Source: Bacteriovoracia bacterium
Lineage (GTDB): Bacteria; Bdellovibrionota; UBA1018; JBFWNL01
Direction: 5' to 3'
DNA length: 64,000 bases
Assembly (NCBI GenBank): GCA_050251055.1
Contig: JBFWNL010000011.1
Location: forward strand, 1 to 64,000
Made by a program: the position numbers and the translations under genes
The notes under the pieces: model-generated
What the model saw: only the letters and a program-made list of their open reading frames with translations
Databases searched by the model: none
What the model was told of the DNA's origin: nothing
In this document: positions 29,544 through 37,337 of the stretch, in pieces
Position numbering within the stretch: the stretch's first letter is position 1
Layout of the letters: each line of letters opens with the position of its first letter

Positions 29544-31217
29544 ATGAAACTCATCCCGATATTCGTCGCTGCTTCGCTAATCCTTTCCCTCGGCGCGTCG
29601 GCTGATCCCGACCGCGTTCCACTTAAGCCGGACTTCTTCGCCAAGAAGCCCAAATTGCTGCTCGTGCTGGTGGTCGACCAAATGCGCGCGGACTACCTCA
29701 CGCGCTTCCGCAAGCGCTTTCTGCCCGCGCGGCGAGGGGCCGAAGTGGGAGGATTTGAATACCTCCTCAGTCAAGGCGCGTACTTCCCGTACGCAAACTA
29801 CGAAGTCCTTCACACCGTGACGGGCGTCGGTCACGCCACGATTCTCTCCGGCGCGTATCCGTACCGCAGTGGGATTCCGGAAAATAATTGGTTCGACGAG
29901 CAGGGCCGAAAAACCGAATGCGTGGACGACGATGCTTACCGCCAGGTGGGGATCGACGAGCCAGAAAAAGTGCCGGGAGTTTCGCCCCGGCATTTCAACG
30001 GCACCACCGTCGGAGACGAGCTAAAAAATGCTGGGTACGCCTCGCGCGTCGTCGGCATCGGCCTCAAAGAACGCTCGGGCGTGCTCCTAGGAGGCAAACG
30101 GGCCAATTTGGTGCTGTGGCTGGACGACTCGTACCGCTGGGTCAGTAGCCGCTATTACCTCCCCGACGGGAAACTCCCGCTCTGGGTACAGAAGTTCAAC
30201 GACGACATGCGGAAGCACATGGGCCAAGAGTATGTCTGGAAAAAACCGGCTAAGCGCAGCGGCTTAACCGAAGAACATGCTCCGCCCGGCGTGGTTCCTA
30301 CCGGTTCCCGCGCGGATCAGCGTTTGCCCATCACGATGAAGCTCGGTTCGCCGGAGTCCACCGCCGCTCCCCATGGCTTGCACCTGACGACCGCCTTAGC
30401 GGAGGCCGCCATCGACGCCTTTCGGCTGGGCGGCACGCCGGACACCGACCTGTTAGCCGTCAGCTTTTCGAGTTTCGATTACATTGGCCACCACTACGGG
30501 CCGAATTCGCTGCTCGTAGAGGAGATGACCATCGAGCTCGATCGCGCGCTCGCCCAGCTCTTCAACCGCCTCCGCCAGAAAATTCCGGGCGGCTTGGCCA
30601 ACGTGGAAATCGTCCTCACTTCCGATCACGGGGTGAGCCCGCATCCCGAATGGGCGCGGACCTGGAAGCTCGACTCGGGAAGAATCAACGAAGCCAATCT
30701 CACGAAGATGCTCAACGAGAAGCTTGCGGCAAAATACGGATCGGACGCCAAGCCCTGGGTCTTTGCGCTCTACGATTTCAACGTATATTTGAACCGCGCC
30801 CGAATTCGGGAAGAGAAAGCCGACGAGACGGCGATGGAAAACGACGTGAAGCGCTGGTTGCTCGAGGACCCGGGGATCGCGCAGGTCTTCACGAAAGGAG
30901 AATGGGCGGCCGGGAAACTCGGAAGCGGACAGGCCGCCGAGGACTTCCGCCGCACCTATTATCCGGGCCGTAGCGGGGATGTCGTAGCGGTACCCCGGCC
31001 TTTCCATATGATGGAGCGGCTACCGACGACGCACGTCAGCTCCTACAGCTACGACCGCACCGTGCCGCTGGTCCTCGTCGGCCGGCGTTACCGGCCTGGG
31101 ATCTATCCCAACGCGGTAAACATCGTGGACATTGCTCCGACCCTCACCTTCGGCTTAGGTCTGATCCCTCCGGCCCTTTCCGAGGGGCGAATTCTCTCTG
31201 AAGCTTTCTTGCGGTGA
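29544..31217 (+). CDS. Secreted alkaline phosphatase superfamily enzyme (PafA-like)
   Basis: VVDQMRADYL, HTVTGVGHATILSG (Thr nucleophile), DYIGHHYGPNS, LTSDHG, YDRTVPL; signal peptide. Confidence 0.9.
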   Translation: MKLIPIFVAASLILSLGASADPDRVPLKPDFFAKKPKLLLVLVVDQMRADYLTRFRKRFLPARRGAEVGGFEYLLSQGAYFPYANYEVLHTVTGVGHATILSGAYPYRSGIPENNWFDEQGRKTECVDDDAYRQVGIDEPEKVPGVSPRHFNGTTVGDELKNAGYASRVVGIGLKERSGVLLGGKRANLVLWLDDSYRWVSSRYYLPDGKLPLWVQKFNDDMRKHMGQEYVWKKPAKRSGLTEEHAPPGVVPTGSRADQRLPITMKLGSPESTAAPHGLHLTTALAEAAIDAFRLGGTPDTDLLAVSFSSFDYIGHHYGPNSLLVEEMTIELDRALAQLFNRLRQKIPGGLANVEIVLTSDHGVSPHPEWARTWKLDSGRINEANLTKMLNEKLAAKYGSDAKPWVFALYDFNVYLNRARIREEKADETAMENDVKRWLLEDPGIAQVFTKGEWAAGKLGSGQAAEDFRRTYYPGRSGDVVAVPRPFHMMERLPTTHVSSYSYDRTVPLVLVGRRYRPGIYPNAVNIVDIAPTLTFGLGLIPPALSEGRILSEAFLR

Positions 31218-31269
31218 CTTGGAAATAGACTGGCTTTTCAATGGCTTATAAGGATATGCCTATTCCCAG

Positions 31270-32850
31270 ATGCTGGGAATGCAACGCGGGTGGCTTGCCC
31301 TCGCGCTCATCATTATAGTCGCTTTTTACTGGGCCTCTTCCCTCTCCTTCTTTCCCGTACCCTGGCCGGATGATTCCGCGTTTTATCTCACCGGCGTAGA
31401 GTGGATCCACTCTCCCTCCCGATACCTCATGCATTCGCAAGCACCTTGGGTGCCCAGCTACGATGCCGCCAACTTCAACACCATGCCTGGCATGCCGTTG
31501 CTCCTGGGCCTGGGCAATCTCGTGGGCATCAGCTCACCCCATGCGATCCGTCTTTACGGGATGATTTTTTTTGCGGCGTGGGCATGGCTACTGGCAGTCG
31601 GCATGGGAGCTCCCCGTCGCTGGACCTGGCTGGTGGCGATCGCGGCGATCACCTGTCCGGCTATCCGCTGGGGCGCCATGGTCGTACGTCCGGAAGTTTG
31701 GGTTTGCCTGCTATGGTTACTCATCACGCTCGAAATCGGCGGCGGCTTCTGGCGACGCCCGCACCCATGGCGCATTCCCCTTTTTCTCGCGCTCGGCGCT
31801 TACATTCACTTCGAGGCCGTCTTCTGGGTACTGCCGACGGCGCTTGGGCTCTTTCCTTGGAGCTCACGGGAAACGTTCAGCGCGCGCACGCGCACCTGGG
31901 CACGACGGCTGGTCGGCGTGACGTGGCGTACGCTTGCGCTGCTCTCCCCGTGGCTGATTTATCTTCTCGTGCATTGGAGCGACTTCTGGTCACAGATGCA
32001 CACGCAATTCCATCGCCTAGCGGCCGAGCACCCCTATCTCCAATCGCCCCATGGGGTTTTCCACACGCTTTGGATCTCGTTGGGGAACCCGATCGACTAC
32101 CCGAAGTTTCTCAACGCCGGAAAATTCCTATTCTGGGGCGGCAGCCTGCTCGCCCTTGCCCATGCCGCGCTGGGGTTCGCGAAAGAACCCGCCACCCGAG
32201 GGATTCGGGCCGCGCTCGTCGCCGCTTATTTCTCTACTTGGTATCTTTGGGCCTCCAAACCCGAGACTTGGTTCACGGTCATGATCCACATGACCATGGG
32301 TACATTGATGGCCTACGAGCTTGGCCGTTGGGTCCGAGCTAACCCCTCCCGCATGGCGCAGGGGGCGCTAGGCGCCGCCGCGGTCGCGCTCATCGTCGTG
32401 CAAAGCGCGGTGGCCTGGGATCAATGGCGAAAGACACGCGAGGAATACACGTGGTCTAACTACCACGCGTGGGTGGATTGCCTGGAACGCGGCCTGGCGG
32501 GAAGAAAAAAAATCTGGCAGCCGCACTGGCCGGACGCCCTGAATGAGCTGAAGCGCCGGGATTTTTCGCGCGACCTCACCCGCGCGGTCGACTTCCAAGG
32601 CGTGGACGAGCTGATCGAGAAACACGCGGCGAACGTGGATGCAGTACTGCACAGTATCTTTATCCCTTACGGCCATGCCGACTGGCGCCGACGTCACGAG
32701 GGCGCACCGACGGAGTCAGACCGCCATTGGGTCGGGGATTTCCCGTGGATGCCATTCAAGAATTTCGCGCGCGCGGAAGATCCCAAAAGCTATGCCTGCC
32801 AGGTGGGCCCGTTCTGGGCGCTGCTGAGTTTTCCAAGGAGTAAGCCATGA
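31270..32850 (+). CDS. GT-C fold membrane glycosyltransferase (ArnT/PMT_2-like)
   Basis: Multi-TM; acidic first external loop PWPDDSAF; RPE motif. Confidence 0.7.
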   Translation: MLGMQRGWLALALIIIVAFYWASSLSFFPVPWPDDSAFYLTGVEWIHSPSRYLMHSQAPWVPSYDAANFNTMPGMPLLLGLGNLVGISSPHAIRLYGMIFFAAWAWLLAVGMGAPRRWTWLVAIAAITCPAIRWGAMVVRPEVWVCLLWLLITLEIGGGFWRRPHPWRIPLFLALGAYIHFEAVFWVLPTALGLFPWSSRETFSARTRTWARRLVGVTWRTLALLSPWLIYLLVHWSDFWSQMHTQFHRLAAEHPYLQSPHGVFHTLWISLGNPIDYPKFLNAGKFLFWGGSLLALAHAALGFAKEPATRGIRAALVAAYFSTWYLWASKPETWFTVMIHMTMGTLMAYELGRWVRANPSRMAQGALGAAAVALIVVQSAVAWDQWRKTREEYTWSNYHAWVDCLERGLAGRKKIWQPHWPDALNELKRRDFSRDLTRAVDFQGVDELIEKHAANVDAVLHSIFIPYGHADWRRRHEGAPTESDRHWVGDFPWMPFKNFARAEDPKSYACQVGPFWALLSFPRSKP

Positions 32851-34526
32851 ATCGCCTGGCGTTTTGGCTTTTGCTGACGCTAGGGATCCGCTTTCTTTCG
32901 GCCGTGACGCGATCGAGCTGGAACCATCCCGACGAATGGTATCAAACCGTGGAGTTCGCCAACCTGTTGGTGAATGGGGCGGCCGCGTATACCCAGGAGA
33001 TCGGCCTCCACATGCGCAATCTCAGCTGGCCGCTACTCCTTGCGCTCCCCTTGAAGTTCGCCAACTGGATCGCCCCCGGCCACGTGGGATTTCGGGTTTT
33101 TAGCGTCGAATTCTTCACGGGCTTGGTGAATTTAGGATTGATAGGGGCCTGGTGGAGCTGGCTCACCTCCGCGCTCGCCAGCATCCGGCCCATTGAGCGC
33201 GCCTGGCGCTGGAGATCAATAGGAATGGGGCTTTTCGTGCTCCCGTTTTTCTTTTCCACGGATGCGATCCGGCCCAGCCAAGAGCACCTATCCGTGGTGA
33301 TGAGTTTCCTCGCGCTGGCTTTTTTTCATCGAAAACGCTGGTTGTTCACCGGCATTTGCCTCGTCGGCATCGGTGCCGTGAAGTACCCCGCTGGCCTGCT
33401 CTCGCTAGGAATGCTCGTGGCGTTTTGCCTACGCCATCCCCGTCCCTTTCTCCCGGCCCTGCTCCGCATGGGCGGAGGACTCGCGATCGGAGCGCTGATT
33501 TTTTTCGCGGGCGATGCGGCGGTATACGGAAGAGCGTGGGAAAGCCTTTGGATGTTCGTGCAGTACAACGTGTTCACGGGCCTGAGCCACCAGAACTTCG
33601 GCGCCCAAAGCGGGCTGTCGTACATGGAGCACTTCCAGTCCCGATGGGGATTCGGTTTCGTTTGGATTCCCGTCGGCGCACTCCTGCTTTTCGGCTGGCT
33701 GCGCGGTCTGCCTCGTTTCGTGCGTGACTACGACCCCGCCTTCTGGGGCATCGCTGCCTATCTGGCGGGGCATCTGGCCATCGCCCATAAGGAACCCCGC
33801 TTCATGCTCCCCGTCGAATATTTACTGACGGCTACGGGATTTATCGCGCTCGCCACCGATACGCGCGCGCGCGAGGGAATGGAAGCCGGCTTCGGAAAAT
33901 TTCGCGCCGTGCGCTGGATCAGCTACGCGGCGATGTTCGGGGGCACTCTGCTACTCGCGCACACCTGGCTGCGGGAAAACTGGGTGGCCAAGGAAACTTA
34001 CTTCGAGCTCAACTCCCACCTCGAAGAAATCAAACGCCCCTGCGCGATCGTGACCGTGCGTAAGCCTATGGCGGTGGATCTGCCGCCCTTAAGCGCAGGT
34101 GCTTTGGGTTACCTTACGGCTTCTCGGCGCGTCCTGAGCGACGAAGGACTGGAGCAAATGCCGCTGACTTGGATCGAGTCGGCGCCCCACTGCGAACCCG
34201 GCCAAAGCGTCCTGCTCCATCTGCACAACCCCCGCCCCAGCTGGGAGGAGCGCGGATGCCGCTTGTTACGTTCAGGGATATTGCGCGTGATGCCCGAGTC
34301 CTGGCAGGCGGCGGCGCTGGCGAAAAACTGGGTGAGTGGTCCCTGGTACGCCTGCCCCGCCACGGTGTTAGGCGCGTTTCCCCGCCAGGAAACCCGGGCG
34401 ATTCTCGCACGCGTGATCCGTCCGTTGGCCCAACTACCGCCGCTCGGCACGACCGGAGAGCAGCTCACGGAGCTCTTACGCAGTCGCGAACCCGGCGTCG
34501 GTGACGGAACTCTGGGGGACCGATGA
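32847..34526 (+). CDS. GT22-family (PIG-B/ALG9-like) mannosyltransferase homologue
   Basis: HPDEWYQTVE...YTQEIGLHMRNLSWPLL, YNVFTGLS..FG and HKEPRFMLP match PIG-B-family PDE..Q..E, ..E....R...P and HKE.RF motifs. Confidence 0.82.
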   Translation: MNRLAFWLLLTLGIRFLSAVTRSSWNHPDEWYQTVEFANLLVNGAAAYTQEIGLHMRNLSWPLLLALPLKFANWIAPGHVGFRVFSVEFFTGLVNLGLIGAWWSWLTSALASIRPIERAWRWRSIGMGLFVLPFFFSTDAIRPSQEHLSVVMSFLALAFFHRKRWLFTGICLVGIGAVKYPAGLLSLGMLVAFCLRHPRPFLPALLRMGGGLAIGALIFFAGDAAVYGRAWESLWMFVQYNVFTGLSHQNFGAQSGLSYMEHFQSRWGFGFVWIPVGALLLFGWLRGLPRFVRDYDPAFWGIAAYLAGHLAIAHKEPRFMLPVEYLLTATGFIALATDTRAREGMEAGFGKFRAVRWISYAAMFGGTLLLAHTWLRENWVAKETYFELNSHLEEIKRPCAIVTVRKPMAVDLPPLSAGALGYLTASRRVLSDEGLEQMPLTWIESAPHCEPGQSVLLHLHNPRPSWEERGCRLLRSGILRVMPESWQAAALAKNWVSGPWYACPATVLGAFPRQETRAILARVIRPLAQLPPLGTTGEQLTELLRSREPGVGDGTLGDR

Positions 34527-36343
34527 GGCGCTCCTCCGTATCTTGGTTTGAAAAAACCGCTTTCGCACTCGCCGGCTTGATCGCCGCCATGGGGCTTACC
34601 GGCGGGATCATCCTTTCGCTCCCCTTCGGCAAAATCGAATTTTCCTCCCTGGATCCCTGGATAGCGTGCTTTGCCCTGCTCTACGGCGGCCGTTTTCTAT
34701 TCCACCGGCTCCGCGGCACCACCCCGCCGGCCTCCGAAACGATGGCGAAGATCCGAAAAGCCGTAGGCAGGTTGATCACCCCCCCCGCCCAGGCGCGGGA
34801 TTCCACCCGGGCGGCGGCCCGACGCCCACTCGTGCTGCTTGCGGTTTGCTTCGGCGCGCTCTGGCTTGCGCACGTTTTCAAGCATTGGGCGCTGCAGACC
34901 CACGGATACGATCTCACCTTTCTCCACCAATCGCTTTTTCACCCCATCGTAGACGGGACCTGGCTACGCAACGACCTCAGCTATTGGGCCTCTTATTTCG
35001 GCGAACACTTGAGCTACACCCTATTCTTGTTCGTACCCTTCACGGAAATCTGGCCGTCGGACCTCACGATCTTTCTCTTTCAACCCTTGCTCATCGGGGG
35101 CGCCCTATTCGTGGCCGTTCGCCATGGGCCGCTCCGTCGCAGCCGCGATCTCTGGCTTTACGCCACGCTTTTGCTGATTTGCCACCGCGCCTTACGCAAC
35201 GCCGTGGTGTGGGATTTCCGGGAAGATGACCTGCTTTTTGCGACGCTCACGTGGGCGGCGATCGCACTATACCAAGGGAAATGGGGCCAGTATCTCGTGG
35301 CGCTCGCCTTAAGTCTGGGCACCAAGGAAAACGTCGGCTTGATCACGCCCTTCTTAGCCGTCCCCCTGCTATGGGACCGCCGGCTCAACCTGGGGGCCGG
35401 CGTGCGAAAGATGCTCGCCATCACGACGGTCATCGGTTCGGTGATTTGGGCGTGGGTCTGCTTCAAGATCCTCATCCCCCATTACAACCACGGCATCGAA
35501 TCGGGTAATAACATCGTTCAACGCTTCCCTGGCCTAGGCGCCACTCCCCGCGAAGTCTTGCTGAACATCCTGACCTCTCCCACCACCTGGTGGGTGCTAG
35601 TTCAGACTAAGCTGCTCGCGGCATCGGCGCTCAAGTACTTGCTCCTGCTCGTGGGCCCCTTCGCTTATTTCCTCTGGCGCGGCGGTCCCTCCGCTTGGAC
35701 CTGGCTTTTACCCGCGGCACCGGGCATTGCGATGAACCTGCTTTCGAGCGAGGGCACGCAACGCTCGCTGACCTTTCACTACGATTTGATCATCTTGCCG
35801 TTCCTGATCCTGCCGACGCTGCACGGGCTAGCGACCTTCGGTGGCCAAGTCGGTGCGCAGTCTCGGCATTTCGTCCCGCCGGCCCGGGTGAAGCTTCAGG
35901 CGTTGACGATCGCCCTACTCGTAGCCTTGGGGCTTTCCGGCCGCTGGCCCGGGCACGCCCTTCAAAAGCACCTACCGACTTGGCGGGAGTTTCAAAGCGC
36001 GCGATTCCTCGCAAACCTAGGCGAACCGGATCCCTCGAAGCACATTTACGCCGCAAACCTTTCCACTTTAGCGCAACTTTCTCGTTTCGAGCAGCTACGC
36101 CCGCTGAACGTGCCGTCTCGCCCGCTGGAACTCGATCGTCTCACCGCCTGGAAGATTTTTTGGGAGGGGAATCAGAAGGACCGCACCCAGATCGAAGGGC
36201 ACACGCCGCTCGAAGCGGACCAGATGATCCTCGACCAGACCATTCCGTGGGAAAAGTTCCTCGCTCAGGAGTTTTTGCTACGGGGTTGGTGGGAGCCCCG
36301 AAAAGATCCGGGCGAGCGGTTTATCTGGATCAGTCGGCGGTGA
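34523..36343 (+). CDS. DUF2079-family multi-TM protein (GT-C-like)
   Basis: GYDLTFLHQ, FGEHLS, WDFRED, TKEN and FHY motifs in family order; ATGA overlap. Confidence 0.78.
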   Translation: MRRSSVSWFEKTAFALAGLIAAMGLTGGIILSLPFGKIEFSSLDPWIACFALLYGGRFLFHRLRGTTPPASETMAKIRKAVGRLITPPAQARDSTRAAARRPLVLLAVCFGALWLAHVFKHWALQTHGYDLTFLHQSLFHPIVDGTWLRNDLSYWASYFGEHLSYTLFLFVPFTEIWPSDLTIFLFQPLLIGGALFVAVRHGPLRRSRDLWLYATLLLICHRALRNAVVWDFREDDLLFATLTWAAIALYQGKWGQYLVALALSLGTKENVGLITPFLAVPLLWDRRLNLGAGVRKMLAITTVIGSVIWAWVCFKILIPHYNHGIESGNNIVQRFPGLGATPREVLLNILTSPTTWWVLVQTKLLAASALKYLLLLVGPFAYFLWRGGPSAWTWLLPAAPGIAMNLLSSEGTQRSLTFHYDLIILPFLILPTLHGLATFGGQVGAQSRHFVPPARVKLQALTIALLVALGLSGRWPGHALQKHLPTWREFQSARFLANLGEPDPSKHIYAANLSTLAQLSRFEQLRPLNVPSRPLELDRLTAWKIFWEGNQKDRTQIEGHTPLEADQMILDQTIPWEKFLAQEFLLRGWWEPRKDPGERFIWISRR

Positions 36344-36345
36344 CC

Positions 36346-37203
36346 CTACTTCAACGCCCGCCGCATCGCTTCGATCGCCCCTGCGATCGGCTCACGTGAC
36401 GAGGGCAGGAATTCCTCGCTCGTGCGCGTGAACACCCGATCCCGGTTTTCGGCCACCGGCTCCGGCAGCGCCCCGAGCTGAAGCAAGTCGGCTTTCCCAA
36501 ACGCCTCGAACAGCGCACGGGCCAGATCGGCCAGCTGAATCGCTTGCCCGGAGTTCAACTCTAAAACCTGCATCCCTTCCCACGAACGTCTCAACACCTG
36601 GACCACCGAGGCCGCAATATCGTCGACGTGGTGGTACTCGCGGAGCTGTTTGCCCAACGTCATGCGGAACGGCTGTCGGGCGCGAAGGGAAGCCGCGATT
36701 TGCCCAAAGAACATATGCGGGCGAGGGTCGGGACCGTAGACCGTATGCAAGCGAAGATGCAGGAAACGTCCACGGCCTTCCGGACGCCGCGCTTGCGCTT
36801 CCACCCAGGTGCAAAGCTTGCGCTTCGAGCGAAAATAAGGATTCTTCTCCGCCGCGGCGGAAAATGTCTCGAAAACCGTGCCGATCGTCAGCAGGCGTGG
36901 ATTCCAGCGCGCTAAGGCTTCGGTTACCCGTTGGGGAAAGAGGACGTTCGCTTGAATCAACTTTTCCTCGGAAAACGAAGGATCCGTCAACCCATTGGCA
37001 ACGACGACCGTCCAGTCTCCACCCGAAACCGCGGACAATGCCTGCTGCCATTTCGTCGGGTCGGCCTGCCAATCCAGCGAAACCAAAGCCCCCCCATGTA
37101 AGACTTTCGAAGTCAGGTTCTGCAGCGACTGGAAAACCGCGCTTCCGATTTGTCCATCTGCACCGAACAGGGCTATGTTTTGGCGTTCTTGAATGATTTC
37201 CAT
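36346..37203 (-). CDS. NAD-dependent epimerase/dehydratase (extended SDR)
   Basis: GADGQIG, YFRSK, LRLHTVYGP, QLREYHHVDD. Confidence 0.85.
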   Translation of the reverse strand: MEIIQERQNIALFGADGQIGSAVFQSLQNLTSKVLHGGALVSLDWQADPTKWQQALSAVSGGDWTVVVANGLTDPSFSEEKLIQANVLFPQRVTEALARWNPRLLTIGTVFETFSAAAEKNPYFRSKRKLCTWVEAQARRPEGRGRFLHLRLHTVYGPDPRPHMFFGQIAASLRARQPFRMTLGKQLREYHHVDDIAASVVQVLRRSWEGMQVLELNSGQAIQLADLARALFEAFGKADLLQLGALPEPVAENRDRVFTRTSEEFLPSSREPIAGAIEAMRRALK

Positions 37204-37337
37204 AAAAAACGAGGCTGGTTCGTGTTAACCACAGCTATCTATTGAAGGAAAGACTAAAGAAAACTGAAAGCTCGCGGCAAAAATGCCGATGAAATAGCCG
37301 TAGGAATATAGGTAGTGCATCATAACATGAGGCCCCT

